Source: an uncultured Acidobacteriota bacterium | Lineage (GTDB): Bacteria; Acidobacteriota; Thermoanaerobaculia; Gp7-AA8 | Direction: 5' to 3' | Assembly: GCA_963793695.1 (NCBI GenBank) | Contig: CAWCBB010000025.1 | Location: forward strand, 6,357-70,356 | DNA: 64,000 bases | Shown here: piece by piece, positions 49,117 through 64,000 of the stretch | How the letters are laid out: the number at the start of each line of letters is the position of its first letter | Position numbering within the stretch: the first letter of the stretch is position 1 | Position numbers and translations under genes: made by a program | The notes under the pieces: generated by a model | Told to the model about the DNA's origin: nothing | Database searches by the model: none | The model's input: only the letters and a program-made list of their open reading frames with translations

Positions 49117-49245
49117 CGTCGAATCGCCCTCTCGCCGCCCGCCCGGCGGGGCCCCGGACAAAGCGGTCCGGACCATGCATATAGCGCCCCAAATGCCGGT
49201 CTCCGCGGGGCTGCGGAGAACTCCACGACTCAGGAGGGCGACTCG

Positions 49246-56010
<6,765 letters not shown>

Positions 56011-56598
56011 CGCCTCCGCCGCTCCCCTCGCCGGCCTCGTCGTGGTGGGCGCCTCGCTCGGAGGGCTCGTCGCGATCCAGGAGATCCTCCGCGCGCTTCC
56101 GAAACGGACCTCGATCCCGATCGCCATCGCGCAGCATCGCCACCGCGACTCCGGCCCCGGGCTCGCCGAGGTCCTCCAGCAGAGCACCACCGTCCCGATC
56201 GCCGACGCCGAGGACTCCGAGCCGATCCGCAGCGGCAGGATCTATCTCGCTCCTCCGAATTACCATCTGCTGGTCGAGCGGACCTGTTTCCGTCTCTCGA
56301 CCGACGCGCTGGTGAACTACTCCCGCCCGTCGATCGACGTCCTCTTCGAGTCCGCGGCCGACTCGTTCGGGCCGGGGCTCCTCGGGATCGTTCTCACGGG
56401 CGCGAACAGCGACGGAGCAGCGGGATCCGTCCGAATCCGGCAGAAGAAAGGACGGGTGCTCGTGCAGGACCCGTCCACGGCCGAGGCTGCCGCAATGCCG
56501 AAGGCCGCCGTGGAGGCCGGAGGCGCCGACCGCATCCTGTCCGTCGGCGAGATCGCCCGCTACCTCGCCGCGCACTGCAGCCCGCAAAGGCCACGAAC

Positions 56599-58182
56599 GT
56601 GAATGAGCCAGTGAAAGTCCTGCTGGTCGACGACCAGCCGAACAATCTCGTCGCGCTCGAAGCGATGCTCGAGGACGTGGCCGTGCAGTGCGTGCGCGCG
56701 GAATCGGGAACGCAGGCGCTCAAACGGCTGCTCGATCACGATTTCGCCGTGATCCTGCTCGACGTCCAGATGCCCGACATCGACGGATTCGAGACGGCGA
56801 ACCTCATCCGGCAGCGGGAGAAGTCCCGCCACACTCCGATCATCTTCGTGACCGCGATGTCGCGCAACGAGACGAGCCTCTTCAAGGGCTATTCGGTCGG
56901 CGCGGTCGACTACCTTTTCAAACCGATCGTTCCGGAGATCCTCAAGTCGAAGGTCCAGGTCTTCGTCGATCTCTTCCGGAAGAACCAGAAGCTCGAGCGG
57001 CAGACCTCCGAGCTCTCGCGCCTGAGCCGGCAGAACGAGCTGATCCTCAACTCCGCGGCCGATGGCGTCATCGGCGTCGCGCTCGACGGCACGGTGACCT
57101 TCGTCAACCCGTCGGCCTCGCGCATGATCGGCCGGACCGCGGGGAGGCTCGTGGGCGTCGACCTGCACGCGATGCTCCACCCCGCCGGGACCGAAAACCT
57201 CGGCGCGCGCGATCATTGCCGGCTCCATACGGCCCTGAGCGGGGAACCGACCCGGGAGCTCCGGGACGACGTCTTCTTCCGGTTCGACCTGACCTCGTTC
57301 CCCGCGGAGTACAGCGCCACGCCGATGCTCGACGACGAGGGAGAGCACGTCGGGACGGTCCTCACGTTCCGCGATGTGACCGAACGCCGCGCCGCGGCGA
57401 TGGCGAAGGAGAACGAGCGCCGCTACCAGGAGGCCGAGGCCGCGAGCAAGGCGAAGGATGACTTCCTCGCCACGCTCTCCCACGAGCTGCGCACTCCGAT
57501 GACCGCGATCCTCGGGTGGAACGAGGTCCTCTCCCTCGACGACATCGACGCCGAGACACGAAAAGAGGCGGTCGAGGCGATCCGAAGCAGTGCCAACGCC
57601 CAGAAGCAGCTCATCGACGACATGCTCGACGTCTCCCGCATCATCATGGGGAAATTCTCGATCGACCTCAAACCGAAGTCCCTTCGCGAGGTGGTCCAGC
57701 TCGCGCTCGAAACGATCCGCCATCAGGCGGAAGAGAAACAGGTCGGGCTCGAGGCCGACCTCGATGCGACGCCCATTCAGGTCCTCTCCGACCCCACGCG
57801 TCTCCGCCAGGTGTTCTGGAACCTGCTGACGAACGCCTTGAAGTTCACCGAGCCGGGCGGGAAGATCGCCGTGCGCCTGACCGCCGAGGGACGGACCGCG
57901 CGCGTCTCGATCGTCGATACCGGGAGCGGGATCGATCCTGAGACGCTTCCTCACGTCTTCGACCGGCTCGTGCAGAGCGACGGAGGGAAAGGCAAAGGAG
58001 GCCTGGGACTCGGTCTCGCGATCGCGAGCCACATCGTCGAGCTGCACGGCGGGGCGATCGAGGCGACGAGCGAAGGGGAAGGGCGGGGGGCGGAGTTCCG
58101 CGTCCTCCTCCCCATCTGGAGCGAGCCGGCCCCGGAGGACTCCGCGGCCGAAAGCCGCTCGGAGAGCCGCGCCGACGACTGA
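56599..58182 (+). CDS. REC-PAS-HisKA-HATPase histidine kinase
   Basis: The GTG start overlaps the cheB stop (GTGA). VKVLLVDDQPNNL...ILLDVQMPDIDG...YLFKP; PAS (ILNSAADGVIGVALDGTVTFVNP); SHELRTPMTAI; NLLTNALKFT...DTGSGI...GLGLGLAI. Intact 527 aa. Confidence 0.9.
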   Translation: MNEPVKVLLVDDQPNNLVALEAMLEDVAVQCVRAESGTQALKRLLDHDFAVILLDVQMPDIDGFETANLIRQREKSRHTPIIFVTAMSRNETSLFKGYSVGAVDYLFKPIVPEILKSKVQVFVDLFRKNQKLERQTSELSRLSRQNELILNSAADGVIGVALDGTVTFVNPSASRMIGRTAGRLVGVDLHAMLHPAGTENLGARDHCRLHTALSGEPTRELRDDVFFRFDLTSFPAEYSATPMLDDEGEHVGTVLTFRDVTERRAAAMAKENERRYQEAEAASKAKDDFLATLSHELRTPMTAILGWNEVLSLDDIDAETRKEAVEAIRSSANAQKQLIDDMLDVSRIIMGKFSIDLKPKSLREVVQLALETIRHQAEEKQVGLEADLDATPIQVLSDPTRLRQVFWNLLTNALKFTEPGGKIAVRLTAEGRTARVSIVDTGSGIDPETLPHVFDRLVQSDGGKGKGGLGLGLAIASHIVELHGGAIEATSEGEGRGAEFRVLLPIWSEPAPEDSAAESRSESRADD

Positions 58183-58271
58183 TTCACGGCACGCTCGTGC
58201 GGCCAGCGCGAGGCCAGACCGAGCCGAGCGAGGGAGAGGGCAACGACGCCGCGCGACCAGTCAGGGCCCGC

Positions 58272-58658
58272 TCACGCGGAGCCGGCGCCCGCGGTCCCGC
58301 TGGTGATCTCGTCCACGAGCTGGACGAACTCGCTCACGTCGAACGGTTTCTGCACCACCCGCGCGACCGGCGCGAGCGCCGGGTCGTTCCAGCGGCTCGA
58401 GTCGGCCGTCAGGACGATCGTCGTGGCCAGCAGGCCCGGTTTTTCGGCCACGAGAAACGCGATCACCTCGAATCCATCGGCCCGTGGCATCATGAGGTCG
58501 AGAATCACGCCGTCGTACTCGTCGGCGCGGATCTTCTCCATCGCCTCGAGTCCGTCGTTCGCCTCGTCGCAGATGAAGCCATGCCGCCGAAGGACGGTCA
58601 CCACGAGCCGCCGGATCCAGAAGTTATCGTCAATGACGAGAATGTTTCGCGAGCTCAT
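58272..58658 (-). CDS. Single-domain response regulator (CheY-like)
   Basis: MSSRNILVIDDNFWIRRLVVTVL...VILDLMMPRADGFEV...VLTAD...QKPFD. Only these last 128 codons of the 720-aa track ORF are credible. The rest is antisense to the CHASE kinase. Confidence 0.85.
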   Translation of the reverse strand: MSSRNILVIDDNFWIRRLVVTVLRRHGFICDEANDGLEAMEKIRADEYDGVILDLMMPRADGFEVIAFLVAEKPGLLATTIVLTADSSRWNDPALAPVARVVQKPFDVSEFVQLVDEITSGTAGAGSA

Positions 58659-58769
58659 CAGGGCCCGCCCCTGGGCGGGGCGGAAAACTCTCCGTCCGGC
58701 AACCGCAGCAATATGCCGGCCAAGCCTCCTCTCGGCCTCGTACGGGCTCCCGGCCGCCGAGGGGGTCCG

Positions 58770-60977
58770 ATGAGAAAACGGAGCCTCCTGGTCCCCTGGG
58801 CCGTCCTGGTCACCTCCCTCGCCCTGACGCTCACGTCGACGTTTTACGCGATGGAGGCGACCCAGGGAAAGGACGAATCCCGGTTCCTGAACGCGGTGGA
58901 ATCGGCGCAGGAGACGATTGGCGGCCGCCTCGAGACGTACGTCAACATCCTGCGCGCGGGCGCCGCCCTCTTCGCGGCGGACCGTGACGTGACGCGCGGC
59001 GAGTTCGCGCTCTTCGTCGCGCGTCTGCAGCTGCAGACGCGCTACCCGGGCATCCAGGGAATCGGCTTCTCGTCCCACTATCCGCAATCCGAGCTCGAGG
59101 ACCTGACCCGGAGGGCCCGACGCGAAGGGATCGAGGGATTCCGTCCCTGGCCGATCGTCGAAGGGGAAGACCTCCACGCGATCCTCTACCTCGAGCCGCT
59201 GGATCGCCGGAACCGCGCGGCCATCGGCTACAACATGCACAGCGATCCTGCCCGCCGCGCCGCGATGAACCTCGCGCGCGACGGTGGCGCGGCAACGATG
59301 TCCGGCCGCGTCACGCTGGTCCAGGAGATCGACGAGCGGAAACAGGCCGGGTTCCTCATCTACGTACCGATCTACCGCGGAGGGTTCGTCCCCGCCACGA
59401 TCGCCGAACGGCGCCGCGAGCTGATCGGCTTCGTCTACGCTCCCTTCCGCGCCGACGATCTCTTCGAGGGAATCTTCCGGGACGTGCGCGAGCCGCGCGT
59501 CGACTTCGAGATCTACGACGACAGAGACGTTCGGGAGGAGGCGCTGATCCACCGTTCCAGGCGCCCGCGACCCGACCGCTACAGGCCCCGCTTCACGACC
59601 CGCCGCACGCTCGAGGGGGCGGGTCGCGTCTGGACCATGCGCTTTCAGACGCGGCCCGAGTTCGACCGCTCCTCCTCGCGCAATCAGGTCTTCCTTTTCC
59701 TGTTCGGCGGCCTTTTCTTCACGGCGGCGCTCTTCTGGATGACTCGAAAGCAGGCGCTCGCGCACGAGCGCGCCGAGCTTCTCTATCAGGAGGCGCACCG
59801 CGAGCGCGCGAAAGCGGAAGCCGCGAACCGCGGCAAGGACGAGTTCCTCGCGACGATCTCCCACGAGCTGCGCACGCCGATGACCTCGATCCTCGGCTGG
59901 TCGAGCCTGCTCACCGAGGGGGCGCTCTCTCCGGAGGACAGCAACACCGCCGTGCGCGCCATCCACCGCAGCAGCCGCGTGCAGGCCGAGCTCATCGACG
60001 ACCTGCTCGACCTGTCGCGGATCTCCTCCGGGAAGCTTCAGATCTCTCCCGGAGCGACGGACATGAACGAGGTGATCGCCGCGGCCGCCGACGCGGTGCG
60101 GCAAACGGCGTCCGAGAACGAGCTCAGCCTCACCGTTCACCCCGCCCCCGGGGGTGCCCTCGTCTGGGGCGACTCCAAGCGCCTCCAGCAGGTCGTCATG
60201 AACCTGCTCTCGAACGCGATCAAGTTCACGCCGGAGGGAGGGAGGATCGACGTCCGCGCCGCGATCGTGGGACGGGAGGTCGTCACCGAGGTTGGCGATA
60301 CCGGCATCGGGATCGAGTCCGATTTTCTCCCGCGGGTCTTCCAGCGGTTCCAGCAGGCCGACCCGACCTCGACGCGCTCGTATGGCGGGTTGGGGATCGG
60401 GCTCTCGATCGTCCAGCATCTGACGGAGCTTCACGGGGGGCGGGCCGTCGCCAGGAGCGAAGGCCCGGGAAAGGGATCGACGTTCGAGATCCGCCTCCCC
60501 CTTCTCGAGCCGGACGGGGAAAGCGCCGCGTGGCCTCCCGCCTCATCCCCGGTCCCCCAGTCGCTCGAGGGGATGAGGATCCTCCTGGTCGAGGACGACC
60601 AGACGGTGCGCGATTTCTTCGCGGCCGTCCTGCGGCAGTGGAAAGCGGAGGTGATCGCGGTCTCGAGCGCGGAGGGCGCACTCGATGCTGCCGCGTCGCA
60701 GCCCGTCGATTTCATCGTCAGCGACATCGCGATGCCGGGGGAGGACGGCTGCTCGATGCTGCGGCGGATCCGCGCGCTCTCCGACCGCTCTCGCGCGCCG
60801 ATCCCCGCGCTCGCCATCACGGCGTACGGACGTCCCGAGGATCGCGCGAGGATCCTCGAAGCGGGATTCGACGACCTTCTCAAGAAACCCGTGGAGCCCC
60901 AGCGGCTCATCGCCGCCGTCGCCCGCATCGCGAGCGAGCGCACTCGCCGGCCCGCCGACGCCGGAACCCGGGGCTGA
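58770..60977 (+). CDS. CHASE-domain sensor hybrid histidine kinase (CHASE-TM-HisKA-HATPase-REC)
   Basis: MRKRSLLVPWAVLVTSLALT...YPGIQGIGFS...AILYLEPLDRRNRAAIGYNMHSDPARR...VTLVQE...FLIYVPIY (CHASE); SHELRTPMTSI; NLLSNAIKFT...DTGIGI...GLGIGLSI; receiver ILLVEDDQT...VSDIAMPGEDG...KKPV. Confidence 0.9.
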   Translation: MRKRSLLVPWAVLVTSLALTLTSTFYAMEATQGKDESRFLNAVESAQETIGGRLETYVNILRAGAALFAADRDVTRGEFALFVARLQLQTRYPGIQGIGFSSHYPQSELEDLTRRARREGIEGFRPWPIVEGEDLHAILYLEPLDRRNRAAIGYNMHSDPARRAAMNLARDGGAATMSGRVTLVQEIDERKQAGFLIYVPIYRGGFVPATIAERRRELIGFVYAPFRADDLFEGIFRDVREPRVDFEIYDDRDVREEALIHRSRRPRPDRYRPRFTTRRTLEGAGRVWTMRFQTRPEFDRSSSRNQVFLFLFGGLFFTAALFWMTRKQALAHERAELLYQEAHRERAKAEAANRGKDEFLATISHELRTPMTSILGWSSLLTEGALSPEDSNTAVRAIHRSSRVQAELIDDLLDLSRISSGKLQISPGATDMNEVIAAAADAVRQTASENELSLTVHPAPGGALVWGDSKRLQQVVMNLLSNAIKFTPEGGRIDVRAAIVGREVVTEVGDTGIGIESDFLPRVFQRFQQADPTSTRSYGGLGIGLSIVQHLTELHGGRAVARSEGPGKGSTFEIRLPLLEPDGESAAWPPASSPVPQSLEGMRILLVEDDQTVRDFFAAVLRQWKAEVIAVSSAEGALDAAASQPVDFIVSDIAMPGEDGCSMLRRIRALSDRSRAPIPALAITAYGRPEDRARILEAGFDDLLKKPVEPQRLIAAVARIASERTRRPADAGTRG

Positions 60978-61172
60978 CCCCGTCGCCGTCACCGCTTCGC
61001 AACAACGGCGAGACGTTCTGCGACCGCGTGTTCCGATTCCGCTTTCCGACCCGCGATTTCCGCGTAGTTCGCGCGGCGCTCGGCGCTCACGTCGTCACGC
61101 CTCACCCGTGACCACCTGCACCTGCCACAGACCCGCGCGCGCCTCACACTTCACGATGGAGGAGAGAACGGC

Positions 61173-61361
61173 ATGATCGAACTCACCCTGACGACCCAAG
61201 AGCGCGAGATCCTGTCGGAGGTCCTTCACCGGACGATCGGGGAGCTTGCGCGGGAGATCGCCTCGACCGACAGCCGTTCTTTCCGCGACGATCTCAAGTT
61301 CCGGAGAGAGTTGCTCGAGCGCCTCCACGGCGCGCTGAGCAACGTCGCAGTCGCGGTGTAG
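61173..61361 (+). CDS. Small helical hypothetical protein (62 aa)
   Basis: ATG preceded by GGAGGAG 8 nt upstream. MIELTLTTQEREILSEVLHRTIGELAREIASTDSRSFRDDLKFRRELLERLHGAL has protein-like heptad character. Confidence 0.6.
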   Translation: MIELTLTTQEREILSEVLHRTIGELAREIASTDSRSFRDDLKFRRELLERLHGALSNVAVAV

Positions 61362-61423
61362 GGAGCGCCTGCGGCCCTCGCCTCCACCAACGCCACGGAA
61401 ACGGGCCGGCGCGCCCGGTGTCC

Positions 61424-62212
61424 CTACCGTCGCTGGGCGAAGAGCCAGAGCGGCAGCTCTTCGCTTCGATAGGCCGGATCCCACGCGTTGTGTCCGACGC
61501 CGGGCAACTCGGTATAGCGCGCGTTTCCGCTCGCATGCTCGAGCGCGGCGCTCATCCGGCGCGACTCCTCGACCGCCACCGCCTTATCGTCCGACCCGTG
61601 CCAGATCCAGACCGGCACGCGCGCGAGACGGCTCGCGAGGAAAGCGTACGGGTTCTCCGGATTCCAGCCGCTCGCGCGGAGGTCTCGATCCCATTCGGTG
61701 CCGTCCTTCGGGTCCACCCACGCGCAGACCGGCACGATCGCGGCGAAGCGCTTCGGATCCTGCGAGGCGAGCGACCACGTCCCCGCCCCTCCCATCGACA
61801 TCCCCGTGAGGTAGACCCGGCCGGAGTCGATTCGAAACTCCCTCCCGGCCGCTTCGAGAGCGGCGAGCGCGATCCCTTCCGCGTCTCCCGCCCACTGCCG
61901 CCCCAGGGGCGCCTGCGGGAAGATCCCAATCGCCGGCCAGCGCTCCGGGCTGCGACGGATCGCGTCCGGCAGGCCGACCGCCGTCTGCAGCAGCCCGTCG
62001 TCTCCCCGCTCCCCGGCGCCGTGCAGAAACAGGATCGCCGGCCACGCCTTCGTCCCGTCGTAGTCCCGGGGGACGTACACGGTGTACGGATACGTCGCGC
62101 CGCCCGCCGCGAGCGAACGGAGGAGAAAGCCCCTTTCGATCTCTGTTTTCACCGGTGCCGCCGTGACGCATCCAACCAGAAGGAAGAGCGGAAGCGCGAG
62201 CAGACGTCGCAT
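61424..62212 (-). CDS. Secreted alpha/beta-hydrolase (carboxylesterase/PHB-depolymerase-like)
   Basis: Signal/lipobox-like N-terminus MRRLLALPLFLLVGC. ...ILFLHGAGERGDDG...VYLTGMSMGGAGTW (nucleophile elbow GxSxG)...WIWHGSDD...GVGHNAW. Confidence 0.8.
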   Translation of the reverse strand: MRRLLALPLFLLVGCVTAAPVKTEIERGFLLRSLAAGGATYPYTVYVPRDYDGTKAWPAILFLHGAGERGDDGLLQTAVGLPDAIRRSPERWPAIGIFPQAPLGRQWAGDAEGIALAALEAAGREFRIDSGRVYLTGMSMGGAGTWSLASQDPKRFAAIVPVCAWVDPKDGTEWDRDLRASGWNPENPYAFLASRLARVPVWIWHGSDDKAVAVEESRRMSAALEHASGNARYTELPGVGHNAWDPAYRSEELPLWLFAQRR

Positions 62213-62262
62213 GAGGACGAGTGTAAGAGTCTAGGCGTCGGGGAGTCTAGGCGTCTGGGGCG

Positions 62263-63691
62263 TCAGTTCTGCGGCACGTCGCCGCCGACGATCCGCTTCG
62301 CGAGGTCGCCGCGCTCGAAGGCGAAATCGTCGCGGAACGCGCCGTTCGCGACCGCCAGCGCCTGGAGGTCGACCGACGACGGGTACGCGCGCGCGAATTC
62401 CTGCAGCGTCATCCGCCGCGGGATCTCGACGATCTCCACGCGCTTGGGCGAGACGTTCAGATACCGCGAGTTCGTCTCCGTCCGGAAGCTGCCGACTGCG
62501 CTCGCGAGCGTGTCCGCGGCTCGATCCCAGTTTCCGGTGGGCGTGTAGCCGACGATCTGCATCACCGCGCCTCGATGCTCGACGAACCCGGCGAGGCCGC
62601 GGAAGCTCTGCCCCTGCTGCGTCGCCGCGGTCGCGAACGTGTAGATGCCCGGGCGCCACTCCGACTGCGCCTGGATTCCCTGCTGCGAGAAGAACGCTTT
62701 CGCCGCCTGCTCGCGGTTGGCCCCCTGCGCGGAGCTCAGCTGCACCGCGGCGTCGTTGTTCGGGCTCACGGCCACGACCGCCTGCGTCATGTTGTTGATC
62801 TTCCATCCGCGCGGGAACGTCATGCGGAACGCGAGATCGGGATGGATGAACGTCGACCCGATCGTGTACCCCTCGCGCGGGTTCGTGCCGAACACGAGCC
62901 CGTCGAGCCGTCGCAGGAACTCCTTCTCGCCCACCTTCCCGGTCTGCGGCTCGAGCTGGGCGATCTGCTTTTCGAGCCGAGCCGCGCGATTCGCCGGGTC
63001 GGGGTGCGTCGAGGCCCACTCCGGAACCCGGCCGGCGCCTTCCAGCTTCGAGATCTGGGCGATGGTGCCGAACACCGGCGGCATCTGCTTGGGGTCCCAT
63101 CCGCCGCGGACCATGTAGCGGAGGCCGAGGTCGTCGGCCTGGCTCTCGTCGTCGCGACCGAACTTGAGGAACATCAGCTGCATGCCCATCTGCGCGATGT
63201 CGCCGTACTGAGCCGCCTGCGGGCTGAGGATCATCGCGAGGCCGAGCCCCAGATTCGCGAGCTGCGCCTTGCTCATCTGCTCGACCGAATGGCGCGCCGT
63301 GACATGGCCGATCTCATGGCCGATGACCGACGCCATCTCCGCCTCGTTGTTGAAATGCGCGAGGATCCCGCGCGTGAGGAAAATGTAGCCTCCGGGCAGA
63401 GCGAAGGCGTTCACCGTCGAATCGTCGACGACGCGGAACTCCCACGGGAGTTCGGGACGCTCGCTCTTGGCGGCGATCTGCCTTGCCGACGGTGTTGACG
63501 TACGACTGGATCCCTGCGTTGTCGTAGAGGCCCATCTGCTGGGCGACGCCCTTCGCCGCCTCCCGCCCCATCTGGACTTCCTGCGATGCGCTGATCAGGG
63601 AAAGCTGGCGCTGCCCCGTCGCCACGTTCGTTGAACAACCGGCCGAAACGAGGGAAGCGGCGACAAGAACTGCGAGCGCGTAGCGTTTCAT
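62263..63691 (-). CDS. M48-family (BepA/YfgC-like) metallopeptidase lipoprotein; one frame break near 63480
   Basis: MKRYALAVLVAASLVSAGCS...QSYVNTVGK, then after a shift ...VNAFALPGGYIFLTRGIL...MASVIGHEIGHVTARHSVEQ (HExxH) plus a ~280-aa C-terminal domain. Confidence 0.85.
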
Positions 63692-63754
63692 CGAATCCTC
63701 CAGCGGCCTCAGGCCGGAAGATCATCCTTCAATTGCGATGCCCGCCGAGAAGCT

Positions 63755-64000
63755 CTACGTCGACGTGTCCGCCGAGGGGCCGTAAATGGAGGGGACCTTG
63801 CCCCCCATCGGGCGGAGGTACGTGCTCAGCTGCCCGCGGTGGTGGATCATGTCGAAGAGGTATCCCCAGAGCATGTTTCCAAGAGCATCGCTCCAGGCCT
63901 GCCCCTCCCCCTCTCCCATGATCAGCTTCGCCGGGGCCGCCGCCTTCGCCGCATCGAGTTTCCCCAGCGCCTTCCGGAGGTCCTCCGTCGCGCTTTCCCA
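63755..64000 (-). CDS. DinB-family protein, C-terminal 81 codons (5' end outside window)
   Basis: Own translation: WESATEDLRKALGKLDAAKAAAPAKLIMGEGEGQAWSDALGNMLWGYLFDMIHHRGQLSTYLRPMGGKVPSIYGPSADTST*. The IHHRGQL...Y...G motif is typical of DinB/YfiT-like proteins. Confidence 0.7.
   Translation of the reverse strand, partial: WESATEDLRKALGKLDAAKAAAPAKLIMGEGEGQAWSDALGNMLWGYLFDMIHHRGQLSTYLRPMGGKVPSIYGPSADTST

Noticed and set aside
58659-60434. Upstream 590 codons of the 720-aa minus-strand ORF
   Set aside because: It is antisense to the well-supported CHASE histidine kinase. Only the last 128 codons (58272-58658) form a credible receiver domain with its own ATG.

Overview
This is a high-G+C bacterial chromosome segment (about 70% in spot counts). 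Its gene content fits a soil Gram-negative lineage such as Acidobacteriota or Gemmatimonadota, but the taxon cannot be fixed from sequence alone.

**Accessory island (1 to ~8175).** This part has clearly lower G+C and ends at an intact tRNA-Val(TAC) plus a truncated tRNA-like 5' half. It carries a translationally coupled gene pair that I read as the start of a DISARM-type defence operon: a 722-aa DrmE-like protein and a DrmA-like DExH helicase that runs off the left edge. After that come several small unknown genes: an unlisted 55-aa acidic ORF, a soluble + 2-TM pair, a 256-aa protein, a secreted 179-aa protein, and an HNH nuclease with an unknown N-domain. Just outside the island is a frameshifted nucleotidyltransferase-fold gene (GSU2403/AbiEii-like) with a perfect 10-bp inverted repeat abutting its start codon.

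**Core-like region.** It holds an NfeD/SPFH pair, PilZ, rfbC, tRNA-Asp, metG, a GT-C-like membrane protein, deoC with two ALDH-family genes, a Kelch propeller, an AI-2E transporter, trxC, a GNAT, a PAP2 phosphatase and a Kgd-type sucA. It also holds TerB, an arginase-family enzyme, S1/M28/M50/M48 peptidases, a PAS-GGDEF-EAL protein, PEBP, D-aminoacylase and LD-carboxypeptidase.

**Signalling block (48.4-61 kb).** It contains STAS, a ~1970-codon poly-HAMP/GAF hybrid histidine kinase with three receivers, CheR, and CheB with no CheA, CheW or MCP in the window. A REC-PAS kinase, a CheY-like regulator and a CHASE kinase follow.

**Non-coding highlights.** Most intergenic gaps contain 7-9-bp tandem repeats, either of the G-N-GTCT-N-G type or with a locus-specific unit. 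At several loci these form long imperfect palindromes around CCCCTCTCCCCGG...CCGGGGAGAGGG hairpins.

**Assembly caveat.** Many conserved genes are broken by clustered frameshifts while neighbouring genes are intact. This looks more like local consensus error than real gene decay.
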